In this document: positions 41,201 through 54,850 of the stretch, piece by piece | Position numbering within the stretch: the stretch's first letter is position 1 | How the letters are laid out: each line of letters starts with the position of its first letter | Source of the DNA: Auanema rhodensis | Taxonomy: Eukaryota; Animalia; Nematoda | Direction: 5' to 3' | Length of the DNA: 64,000 nucleotides | NCBI GenBank assembly: GCA_964057225.1 | Contig: OZ059899.1 | Location: 17,856,001 to 17,920,000 of the forward strand | The notes under the pieces: model-generated | Seen by the model: the letters and a program-made list of their open reading frames with translations, nothing else | What the model was told of the DNA's origin: nothing | Databases searched by the model: none | Program-made: the position numbers and the translations under genes

Positions 41201-44200
41201 ACTGATATTGGTGCATGGTAACCATGATTTTGAAATTTACGTGAACTTTAATTTATGCTAATTAAACGTACACGTGGTGTGCACTCGGTATGTAACTCGC
41301 TTCACGTGAAAGATAAAGAGATGCGGTTTTCAAAATTAGATTCCCCATGTCCATATTAGTCTAAAAACAAATTTTTATTGATATTGGTGCATGGTAACCA
41401 TGACTTTGAAATTTACGTGAACTTTAATTTATGCCTTTTTTTTACGTACACGTGATGTGCACTTGGTATGTAACTCGCTTCACGTGAAAGATAAAGAGAT
41501 GCGGTTTTTAAAATTAAATTCCCCATATCCATATTAGTCTAAAAACAAATTTTTATTGATATTGGTGCATGGTAACCATGATTTTGAAATTTACGTGAAC
41601 TTTAATTTATGCTAATTAAATGTACACGTGGTGTGCACTCGGTATGTAACTCGCTTCACGTGAAAGATAAAGAGATGCGGTTTTCAAAATTAGATTCCCC
41701 ATGTCCATATTAGTCTAAAAACAAATTTTTATTGATATTGGTGCATGGTAACCATGACTTTGAATTTTACGTGAACTTTAATTTATGCTAATTGAATGTA
41801 CACGTGGTGTGCACTCGGTATGTAACTCGCTTCACGTGAAAGATAAAAAGATGCGCTTTTTAAAATTAGATTCCCCATGTCCATATTAGTCTAAAAACAA
41901 TTTTTTACTGATATTGGTGCATGGTAACCATGACTTTGAAATTTACGTGAACTTTAATTTATGCTAATTAAACGTACACGTGGTGTGCACTCGGTATGTA
42001 ACTCGCTTCACGTGTAAGATAAAGAGATGCGGTTTTCAAAATTAGATTCCCCATGTCCATATTAGTCTAAAAACAAATTTTTATTGATATTGGTGCATGG
42101 TAACCATGACTTTGAAATTTACGTGAACTTTAATTTATGCTAATTAAACGTACACGTGGTGTGCACTCGGTATGTAACTCGCTTCACGTGTAAGATAAAG
42201 AGATGCGGTTTTCAAAATTAGATTTCCCATGTCCATATTAGTCTAAAAACAAATTTTTATTGATATTGGTGCATGGTAACCATGACTTTGAAATTTACGT
42301 GAACTTTAATTTATGCTAATTAAACGTACACGTGGTGTGCACTCGGTATGTAACTCGCTTCACGTGTAAGATAAAGAGATGCGGTTTTCAAAATTAGATT
42401 CCCCATGTCCATATTAGTCTAAAAACAAATTTTTTTTGATATTGGTGCATGGTAACCATGATTTTGAAATTTACGTGAACTTTAATTTATGCTAATTAAA
42501 CGTACACGTGATGTGCACTCGGTATGTAACTCGCTTCACGTGAAAGATAAAGAGATGCGGTTTTCAAAATTAGATTCCCCATGTCCATATTAGTCTAAAA
42601 ACAAATTTTTATTGATATTGGTGCATGGTAACCATGATTTTGAAATTTACGTGAACTTTAATTTATGCTACATAAATGTACACGTGGTGTGCACTCGGTA
42701 TGTAACTCGCTTCACGTGAAAGATAAAGAGATGCGGTTTTCAAAATTAGATTCCCCATGTCCATATTAGTCTAAAAACAATTTTTTATTGATATTGGTGC
42801 ATGGTAACCATGATTTTGAAATTTACGTGAACTTTAATTTATGCTACATAAATGTACACGTGATGTGCACTTGGTATGTAACTCGCTTCACGTGAAAGAT
42901 AAAAAGATGCGGTTTTTAAAATTAGATTCCCCATGTCCATATTAGTCTAAAAACAATTTTTTACTGATATTGGTGCATGGTAACCATGACTTTGAAATTT
43001 ACGTGAACTTTAATTTATGCTAATTAAACGTACACGTGGTGTGCACTCGGTATGTAACTCGCTTCACGTGTAAGATAAAGAGATGCGGTTTTTAAAATTA
43101 GATTCCCCATGTCCATATTAGTCTAAAAACAAATTTTTATTGATATTGGTGCATGGTAACCATGACTTTGAAATTTACGTGAACTTTAATTTATGCTAAT
43201 TAAACGTACACGTGGTGTGCACTTGGTATGTAACTCGCTTCACGTGAAAGATAAAAAGATGCGGTTTTTAAAATTAGATTCCCCATGTCCATATTAGTCT
43301 AAAAACAATTTTTTACTGATATTGGTGCATGGTAACCATGATTTTGAAATTTACGTGAACTTTAATTTATGCTAATTAAACATACACGTGGTGTGCACTC
43401 GGTATGTAACTCGCTTCACGTGAAAGATAAAGAGATGCGGTTTTCAAAATTAGATTCCCCATGTCCATATTAGTCTAAAAACAAATTTTTATTGATATTG
43501 GTGCATGGTAACCATGACTTTGAAATTTACGTGAACTTTAATTTATGCCTTTTTTTTACGTACACGTGGTGTGCACTCGGTATGTAACTCGCTTCACGTG
43601 TAAGATAAAGAGATGCGGTTTTCAAAATTAGATTCCCCATGTCCATATTAGTCTAAAAACAAATTTTTATTGATATTGGTGCATGGTAACCATGATTTTG
43701 AAATTTACGTGAACTTTAATTTATGCTAATTAAACGTACACGTGATGTGCACTTGGTATGTAACTCGCTTCACGTGAAAGATAAAGAGATGCGGTTTTTA
43801 AAATTAGATTCCCCATGTCCATATTAGTCTAAAAACAATTTTTTACTGATATTGGTGCATGGTAACCATGACTTTGAAATTTACGTGAACTTTAATTTAT
43901 GCTAATTAAACGTACACGTGGTGTGCACTCGGTATGTAACTCGCTTCACGTGTAAGATAAAGAGATGCGGTTTTCAAAATTAGATTCCCCATGTCCATAT
44001 TAGTCTAAAAACAAATTTTTATTGATATTGGTGCATGGTAACCATGACTTTGAAATTTACGTGAACTTTAATTTATGCTAATTAAACGTACACGTGGTGT
44101 GCACTCGATATGTAACTCGCTTCACGTGTAAGATAAAGAGATGCGGTTTTCAAAATTAGATTCCCCATGTCCATATTAGTCTAAAAACAAATTTTTATTG

Positions 44201-47200
44201 ATATTGGTGCATGGTAACCATGACTTTGAAATTTACGTGAACTTTAATTTATGCTAATTAAACGTACACGTGGTGTGCACTCGGTATGTAACTCGCTTCA
44301 CGTGAAAGATAAAGAGATGCAGTTATCAAAATTAGATTCCCCATGTCCATATTAGTCTAAAAACAAATTTTTATTGATATTGGTGCATGGTAACCATGAC
44401 TTTGAAATTTACGTGAACTTTAATTTATGCTAATTAAACGTACACGTGGTGTGCATTCGGTATGTAACTCGCTTCACGTGAAAGATAAAGAGATGCGGTT
44501 TTCAAAATTAGATTCCCCATGTCCATATTAGTCTAAAAACAAATTTTTTTTGATATTGGTGCATGGTAACCATGACTTTGAATTTTACGTGAACTTTAAT
44601 TTATGCTAATTAAACGTACACGTGGTGTGCACTCGGTATGTAACTCGCTTCACGTGAAAGATAAAGAGATGCGGTTTCTAAAATTAGATTCCCCATGTCC
44701 ATATTAGTCTAAAAACAAATTTTTATTGATATTGGTGCATGGTAACCATGACTTTGAAATTTACGTGAACTTTAATTTATGCTACATAAATGTACACGTG
44801 ATGTGCACTTGGTATGTAACTCGCTTCACGTGAAAGATAAAAAGATGCGCTTTTTAAAATTAGATTCCCCATGTCCATATTAGTCTAAAAACAATTTTTT
44901 ACTGATATTGGTGCATGGTAACCATGACTTTGAAATTTACGTGAACTTTAATTTATGCTAATTAAACGTACACGTGGTGTGCACTCGGTATGTAACTCGC
45001 TTCACGTGTAAGATAAAGAGATGCGGTTTTCAAAACTAGATTCCCCATGTCCATATTAGTCTAAAAACAAATTTTTATTGATATTGGTGCATGGTAACCA
45101 TGACTTTGAAATTTACGTGAACTTTAATTTATGCTAATTAAACGTACACGTGATGTGCACTCGGTATGTAACTCGCTTCACGTGAAAGACAAAGAGATGC
45201 AGTTATCAAAATTAGATTCCCCATGTCCATATTAGTCTAAAAACAAATTTTTATTGATATTGGTGCATGGTAACCATGACTTTGAAATTTACGTGAACTT
45301 TAATTTATGCTAATTAAACGTACACGTGATGTGCACTCGGTATGTAACTCGCTTCACGTGAAAGACAAAGAGATGCAGTTATCAAAATTAGATTCCCCAT
45401 GTCCATATTAGTCTAAAAACAAATTTTTATTGATATTGGTGCATGGTAACCATGACTTTGAAATTTACGAGAACTTTAATTTATGCTAATTAAATGTACA
45501 AGTGATGTGCACTTGGTATGTAACTCGCTTCACGTGAAAGATAAGGAGATGCGGTTTTCACAATTAGATTCCCCATGTCCATATTAGTCTAAAAACAGTT
45601 TTTTACTGATATTGGTGCATGGTAACCATGACTTTGAAATTTACGTGAACTTTAATTTATGCTAATTAAATGTACACGTGGTGTGCACTCGGTATGTAAC
45701 TCGCTTCACGTGAAAGATAAAAAGATGCGGTTTTCAAAATTAGATTCTTCATGTCCATATTAGTCTAAAAACAATTTTTTACTGATATTGGTGCATGGTA
45801 ACCATGACTTTGAAATTTACGTGAACTTTAATTTATGCTAATTAAACGTACACGTGGTGTGCACTCGGTATGTAACTCGCTTCACGTGAAAGATAAAGAG
45901 ATGCGGTTTTCAAAATTAGATTCCCCATGTCCATATTAGTCTAAAAACAAATTTTTATTGATATTGGTGCATGGTAACCATGATTTTGAAATTTACGTGA
46001 ACTTTAATTTATGCTAATTAAATGTACACGTGGTGTGCACTCGGTATGTAACTCGCTTCACGTGAAAGATAAAGAGATGCAGTTATCAAAATTAGATTCC
46101 CCATGTCCATATTAGTCTAAAAACAAATTTTTATTGATATTGGTGCATGGTAACCATGACTTTGAAATTTACGTGAACTTTAATTTATGCTAATTAAACG
46201 TACACGTGTTGTGCACTCGGTATGTAACTCGCTTCACGTGGAAGATAAAGAGATGCGGTTTTCAAAATTAGATTCTTCATGTCCATATTAGTCTAAAAAC
46301 AATTTTTTACTGATATTGGTGCATGGTAACCATGATTTTGAAATTTACGTGAACTTTAATTTATGCTAATTAAACGTACACGTGATGTGCACTTGGTATG
46401 TAACTCGCTTCACGTGAAAGATAAAGAGATGCGGTTTTTAAAATTAGATTCCGCATGTCCATATTAGTCTAAAAACAATTTTTTACTGATATTGGTGCAT
46501 GGTAACCATGATTTTGAAATTTACGTGAACTTTAATTTATGCTAATTAAACGTACACGTGGTGTGCACTCGGTATGTAACTCGCTTCACGTGAAAGATAA
46601 AGAGAAGCGGTTTTCAAAATTAGATTCCCCATGTCCATATTAGTCTAAAAACAAATTTTTTTTGATATTGGTGCATGGTAACCATGATTTTGAAATTTAC
46701 GTGAACTTTAATTTATGCTAATTAAACGTACACGTGATGTGCACTCGGTATGTAACTCGCTTCACGTGAAAGATAAAGAGATGCGGTTTTCAAAATTAGA
46801 TTCCCCATGTCCATATTAGTCTAAAAACAAATTTTTATTGATATTGGTGCATGGTAACCATGATTTTGAAATTTACGTGAACTTTAATTTATGCTACATA
46901 AATGTACACGTGGTGTGCACTCGGTATGTAACTCGCTTCACGTGAAAGATAAAGAGATGCGGTTTTCAAAATTAGATTCCCCATGTCCATATTAGTCTAA
47001 AAACAATTTTTTATTGATATTGGTGCATGGTAACCATGATTTTGAAATTTACGTGAACTTTAATTTATGCTACATAAATGTACACGTGATGTGCACTTGG
47101 TATGTAACTCGCTTCACGTGAAAGATAAAAAGATGCGGTTTTTAAAATTAGATTCCCCATGTCCATATTAGTCTAAAAACAATTTTTTACTGATATTGGT

Positions 47201-50200
47201 GCATGGTAACCATGACTTTGAAATTTACGTGAACTTTAATTTATGCTAATTAAACGTACACGTGGTGTGCACTCGGTATGTAACTCGCTTCACGTGTAAG
47301 ATAAAGAGATGCGGTTTTTAAAATTAGATTCCCCATGTCCATATTAGTCTAAAAACAAATTTTTATTGATATTGGTGCATGGTAACCATGACTTTGAAAT
47401 TTACGTGAACTTTAATTTATGCTAATTAAACGTACACGTGGTGTGCACTTGGTATGTAACTCGCTTCACGTGAAAGATAAAAAGATGCGGTTTTTAAAAT
47501 TAGATTCCCCATGTCCATATTAGTCTAAAAACAATTTTTTACTGATATTGGTGCATGGTAACCATGATTTTGAAATTTACGTGAACTTTAATTTATGCTA
47601 ATTAAACGTACACGTGGTGTGCACTCGGTATGTAACTCGCTTCACGTGAAAGATAAAGAGATGCGGTTTTCAAAATTAGATTCCCCATGTCCATATTAGT
47701 CTAAAAACAAATTTTTATTGATATTGGTGCATGGTAACCATGACTTTGAAATTTACGTGAACTTTAATTTATGCCTTTTTTTTACGTACACGTGATGTGC
47801 ACTTGGTATGTAACTCGCTTCACGTGAAAGATAAAGAGATGCGGTTTTTAAAATTAAATTCCCCATATCCATATTAGTCTAAAAACAAATTTTTATTGAT
47901 ATTGGTGCATGGTAACCATGACTTTGAAATTTACGTGAACTTTAATTTATGCTAATTAAATGTACACGTGGTGTGCACTCGGTATGTAACTCGCTTCACG
48001 TGAAAGATAAAGAGATGCGGTTTTCAAAATTAGATTCCCCATGTCCATATTAGTCTAAAAACAAATTTTTATTGATATTGGTGCATGGTAACCATGACTT
48101 TGAATTTTACGTGAACTTTAATTTATGCTAATTGAATGTACACGTGGTGTGCACTCGGTATGTAACTCGCTTCACGTGAAAGATAAAAAGATGCGCTTTT
48201 TAAAATTAGATTCCCCATGTCCATATTAGTCTAAAAACAATTTTTTATTGATATTGGTGCATGGTAACCATGACTTTGAAATTTACGTGAACTTTAATTT
48301 ATGCTAATTAAACGTACACGTGGTGTGCACTCGGTATGTAACTCGCTTCACGTGTAAGATAAAGAGATGCGGTTTTCAAAATTAGATTCCCCATGTCCAT
48401 ATTAGTCTAAAAACAAATTTTTATTGATATTGGTGCATGGTAACCATGACTTTGAAATTTACGTGAACTTTAATTTATGCTAATTAAACGTACACGTGGT
48501 GTGCACTCGGTATGTAACTCGCTTCACGTGTAAGATAAAGAGATGCGGTTTTCAAAATTAGATTCCCCATGTCCATATTAGTCTAAAAACAAATTTTTAT
48601 TGATATTGGTGCATGGTAACCATGACTTTGAAATTTACGTGAACTTTAATTTATGCTAATTAAACGTACACGTGTTGTGCACTCGGTATGTAACTCGCTT
48701 CACGTGAAAGATAAAGAGAAGCGGTTTTCAAAATTAGATTCCCCATGTCCATATTAGTCTAAAAACAAATTTTTTTTGATATTGGTGCATGGTAACCATG
48801 ATTTTGAAATTTACGTGAACTTTAATTTATGCTAATTAAACGTACACGTGATGTGCACTCGGTATGTAACTCGCTTCACGTGAAAGATAAAGAGATGCGG
48901 TTTTCAAAATTAGATTCCCCATGTCCATATTAGTCTAAAAACAAATTTTTATTGATATTGGTGCATGGTAACCATGATTTTGAAATTTACGTGAACTTTA
49001 ATTTATGCTACATAAATGTACACGTGGTGTGCACTCGGTATGTAACTCGCTTCACGTGAAAGATAAAGAGATGCGGTTTTTAAAATTAGATTCCCCATGT
49101 CCATATTAGTCTAAAAACAAATTTTTATTGATATTGGTGCATGGTAACCATGACTTTGAAATTTACGTGAACTTTAATTTATGCTAATTAAACGTACACG
49201 TGGTGTGCACTTGGTATGTAACTCGCTTCACGTGAAAGATAAAAAGATGCGGTTTTTAAAATTAGATTCCCCATGTCCATATTAGTCTAAAAACAATTTT
49301 TTACTGATATTGGTGCATGGTAACCATGATTTTGAAATTTACGTGAACTTTAATTTATGCTAATTAAACGTACACGTGGTGTGCACTCGGTATGTAACTC
49401 GCTTCACGTGAAAGATAAAGAGATGCGGTTTTCAAAATTAGATTCCCCATGTCCATATTAGTCTAAAAACAAATTTTTATTGATATTGGTGCATGGTAAC
49501 CATGACTTTGAAATTTACGTGAACTTTAATTTATGCCTTTTTTTTACGTACACGTGATGTGCACTTGGTATGTAACTCGCTTCACGTGAAAGATAAAGAG
49601 ATGCGGTTTTTAAAATTAAATTCCCCATATCCATATTAGTCTAAAAACAAATTTTTATTGATATTGGTGCATGGTAACCATGATTTTGAAATTTACGTGA
49701 ACTTTAATTTATGCTAATTAAATGTACACGTGGTGTGCACTCGGTATGTAACTCGCTTCACGTGAAAGATAAAGAGATGCGGTTTTCAAAATTAGATTCC
49801 CCATGTCCATATTAGTCTAAAAACAAATTTTTATTGATATTGGTGCATGGTAACCATGACTTTGAATTTTACGTGAACTTTAATTTATGCTAATTGAATG
49901 TACACGTGGTGTGCACTCGGTATGTAACTCGCTTCACGTGAAAGATAAAAAGATGCGCTTTTTAAAATTAGATTCCCCATGTCCATATTAGTCTAAAAAC
50001 AATTTTTTACTGATATTGGTGCATGGTAACCATGACTTTGAAATTTACGTGAACTTTAATTTATGCTAATTAAACGTACACGTGGTGTGCACTCGGTATG
50101 TAACTCGCTTCACGTGTAAGATAAAGAGATGCGGTTTTCAAAATTAGATTCCCCATGTCCATATTAGTCTAAAAACAAATTTTTATTGATATTGGTGCAT

Positions 50201-53200
50201 GGTAACCATGACTTTGAAATTTACGTGAACTTTAATTTATGCTAATTAAACGTACACGTGGTGTGCACTCGGTATGTAACTCGCTTCACGTGTAAGATAA
50301 AGAGATGCGGTTTTCAAAATTAGATTCCCCATGTCCATATTAGTCTAAAAACAAATTTTTATTGATATTGGTGCATGGTAACCATGACTTTGAAATTTAC
50401 GTGAACTTTAATTTATGCTAATTAAACGTACACGTGGTGTGCACTCGGTATGTAACTCGCTTCACGTGTAAGATAAAGAGATGCGGTTTTCAAAATTAGA
50501 TTCCCCATGTCCATATTAGTCTAAAAACAAATTTTTTTTGATATTGGTGCATGGTAACCATGATTTTGAAATTTACGTGAACTTTAATTTATGCTAATTA
50601 AACGTACACGTGATGTGCACTCGGTATGTAACTCGCTTCACGTGAAAGATAAAGAGATGCGGTTTTCAAAATTAGATTCCCCATGTCCATATTAGTCTAA
50701 AAACAAATTTTTATTGATATTGGTGCATGGTAACCATGATTTTGAAATTTACGTGAACTTTAATTTATGCTACATAAATGTACACGTGGTGTGCACTCGG
50801 TATGTAACTCGCTTCACGTGAAAGATAAAGAGATGCGGTTTTCAAAATTAGATTCCCCATGTCCATATTAGTCTAAAAACAATTTTTTATTGATATTGGT
50901 GCATGGTAACCATGATTTTGAAATTTACGTGAACTTTAATTTATGCTACATAAATGTACACGTGATGTGCACTTGGTATGTAACTCGCTTCACGTGAAAG
51001 ATAAAAAGATGCGGTTTTTAAAATTAGATTCCCCATGTCCATATTAGTCTAAAAACAATTTTTTACTGATATTGGTGCATGGTAACCATGACTTTGAAAT
51101 TTACGTGAACTTTAATTTATGCTAATTAAACGTACACGTGGTGTGCACTCGGTATGTAACTCGCTTCACGTGTAAGATAAAGAGATGCGGTTTTTAAAAT
51201 TAGATTCCCCATGTCCATATTAGTCTAAAAACAAATTTTTATTGATATTGGTGCATGGTAACCATGACTTTGAAATTTACGTGAACTTTAATTTATGCTA
51301 ATTAAACGTACACGTGGTGTGCACTTGGTATGTAACTCGCTTCACGTGAAAGATAAAAAGATGCGGTTTTTAAAATTAGATTCCCCATGTCCATATTAGT
51401 CTAAAAACAATTTTTTACTGATATTGGTGCATGGTAACCATGATTTTGAAATTTACGTGAACTTTAATTTATGCTAATTAAACATACACGTGGTGTGCAC
51501 TCGGTATGTAACTCGCTTCACGTGAAAGATAAAGAGATGCGGTTTTCAAAATTAGATTCCCCATGTCCATATTAGTCTAAAAACAAATTTTTATTGATAT
51601 TGGTGCATGGTAACCATGACTTTGAAATTTACGTGAACTTTAATTTATGCCTTTTTTTTACGTACACGTGGTGTGCACTCGGTATGTAACTCGCTTCACG
51701 TGTAAGATAAAGAGATGCGGTTTTCAAAATTAGATTCCCCATGTCCATATTAGTCTAAAAACAAATTTTTATTGATATTGGTGCATGGTAACCATGATTT
51801 TGAAATTTACGTGAACTTTAATTTATGCTAATTAAACGTACACGTGATGTGCACTTGGTATGTAACTCGCTTCACGTGAAAGATAAAGAGATGCGGTTTT
51901 TAAAATTAGATTCCCCATGTCCATATTAGTCTAAAAACAATTTTTTACTGATATTGGTGCATGGTAACCATGACTTTGAAATTTACGTGAACTTTAATTT
52001 ATGCTAATTAAACGTACACGTGGTGTGCACTCGGTATGTAACTCGCTTCACGTGTAAGATAAAGAGATGCGGTTTTCAAAATTAGATTCCCCATGTCCAT
52101 ATTAGTCTAAAAACAAATTTTTATTGATATTGGTGCATGGTAACCATGACTTTGAAATTTACGTGAACTTTAATTTATGCTAATTAAACGTACACGTGGT
52201 GTGCACTCGATATGTAACTCGCTTCACGTGTAAGATAAAGAGATGCGGTTTTCAAAATTAGATTCCCCATGTCCATATTAGTCTAAAAACAAATTTTTAT
52301 TGATATTGGTGCATGGTAACCATGACTTTGAAATTTACGTGAACTTTAATTTATGCTAATTAAACGTACACGTGGTGTGCACTCGGTATGTAACTCGCTT
52401 CACGTGAAAGATAAAGAGATGCAGTTATCAAAATTAGATTCCCCATGTCCATATTAGTCTAAAAACAAATTTTTATTGATATTGGTGCATGGTAACCATG
52501 ACTTTGAAATTTACGTGAACTTTAATTTATGCTAATTAAACGTACACGTGGTGTGCATTCGGTATGTAACTCGCTTCACGTGAAAGATAAAGAGATGCGG
52601 TTTTCAAAATTAGATTCCCCATGTCCATATTAGTCTAAAAACAAATTTTTTTTGATATTGGTGCATGGTAACCATGACTTTGAATTTTACGTGAACTTTA
52701 ATTTATGCTAATTAAACGTACACGTGGTGTGCACTCGGTATGTAACTCGCTTCACGTGAAAGATAAAGAGATGCGGTTTCTAAAATTAGATTCCCCATGT
52801 CCATATTAGTCTAAAAACAAATTTTTATTGATATTGGTGCATGGTAACCATGACTTTGAAATTTACGTGAACTTTAATTTATGCTACATAAATGTACACG
52901 TGATGTGCACTTGGTATGTAACTCGCTTCACGTGAAAGATAAAAAGATGCGCTTTTTAAAATTAGATTCCCCATGTCCATATTAGTCTAAAAACAATTTT
53001 TTACTGATATTGGTGCATGGTAACCATGACTTTGAAATTTACGTGAACTTTAATTTATGCTAATTAAACGTACACGTGGTGTGCACTCGGTATGTAACTC
53101 GCTTCACGTGTAAGATAAAGAGATGCGGTTTTCAAAATTAGATTCCCCATGTCCATATTAGTCTAAAAACAAATTTTTATTGATATTGGTGCATGGTAAC

Positions 53201-54450
53201 CATGACTTTGAAATTTACGTGAACTTTAATTTATGCTAATTAAACGTACACGTGATGTGCACTCGGTATGTAACTCGCTTCACGTGAAAGACAAAGAGAT
53301 GCAGTTATCAAAATTAGATTCCCCATGTCCATATTAGTCTAAAAACAAATTTTTATTGATATTGGTGCATGGTAACCATGACTTTGAAATTTACGTGAAC
53401 TTTAATTTATGCTAATTAAACGTACACGTGTTGTGCACTCGGTATGTAACTCGCTTCACGTAGAAGATGAAGAGATGCGGTTTTCAAAATTAGATTCTTC
53501 ATGTCCATATTAGTCTAAAAACAATTTTTTACTGATATTGGTGCATGGTAACCATGACTTTGAAATTTACGAGAACTTTAATTTATGCTAATTAAATGTA
53601 CAAGTGATGTGCACTTGGTATGTAACTCGCTTCACGTGAAAGATAAGGAGATGCGGTTTTCACAATTAGATTCCCCATGTCCATATTAGTCTAAAAACAG
53701 TTTTTTACTGATATTGGTGCATGGTAACCATGACTTTGAAATTTACGTGAACTTTAATTTATGCTAATTAAATGTACACGTGGTGTGCACTCGGTATGTA
53801 ACTCGCTTCACGTGAAAGATAAAAAGATGCGGTTTTCAAAATTAGATTCTTCATGTCCATATTAGTCTAAAAACAATTTTTTACTGATATTGGTGCATGG
53901 TAACCATGACTTTGAAATTTACGTGAACTTTAATTTATGCTAATTAAACGTACACGTGGTGTGCACTCGGTATGTAACTCGCTTCACGTGTAAGATAAAG
54001 AGATGCGGTTTTCAAAATTAGATTCCCCATGTCCATATTAGTCTAAAAACAAATTTTTATTGATATTGGTGCATGGTAACCATGATTTTGAAATTTACGT
54101 GAACTTTAATTTATGCTAATTAAATGTACACGTGGTGTGCACTCGGTATGTAACTCGCTTCACGTGAAAGACAAAGAGATGCAGTTATCAAAATTAGATT
54201 CCCCATGTCCATATTAGTCTAAAAACAAATTTTTATTGATATTGGTGCATGGTAACCATGACTTTGAAATTTACGTGAACTTTAATTTATGCTAATTAAA
54301 CGTACACGTGTTGTGCACTCGGTATGTAACTCGCTTCACGTAGAAGATGAAGAGATGCGGTTTTCAAAATTAGATTCTTCATGTCCATATTAGTCTAAAA
54401 ACAATTTTTTACTGATATTGGTGCATGGTAACCATGACTTTGAAATTTAC
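38295..54450. repeat. ~8.1-8.3-kb tandem duplication (47/46 monomers) built from 10-12-mer HORs
   Basis: Markers recur at 8278 bp (GAGAAGCGG ~38328/46606; poly-T variant 39497/47775) and then at 8102 bp (41435/49537, 43549/51651, CTCGATA ~44108/52210, ACGAGAAC 45469/53571). The right boundary is approximate. Confidence 0.88.
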
Positions 54451-54850
54451 GAGAACTTTAATTTATGCTAATTAAATGTACAAGTGATGTGCACTTGGTA
54501 TGTAACTCGCTTCACGTGAAAGATAAGGAGATGCGGTTTTCACAATTAGATTCCCCATGTCCATATTAGTCTAAAAACAGTTTTTTACTGATATTGGTGC
54601 ATGGTAACCATGACTTTGAAATTTACGTGAACTTTAATTTATGCTAATTAAATGTACACGTGGTGTGCACTCGGTATGTAACTCGCTTCACGTGAAAGAT
54701 AAAAAGATGCGGTTTTCAAAATTAGATTCTTCATGTCCATATTAGTCTAAAAACAATTTTTTACTGATATTGGTGCATGGTAACCATGACTTTGAAATTT
54801 ACGTGAACTTTAATTTATGCTAATTAAACGTACACGTGGTGTGCACTCGG

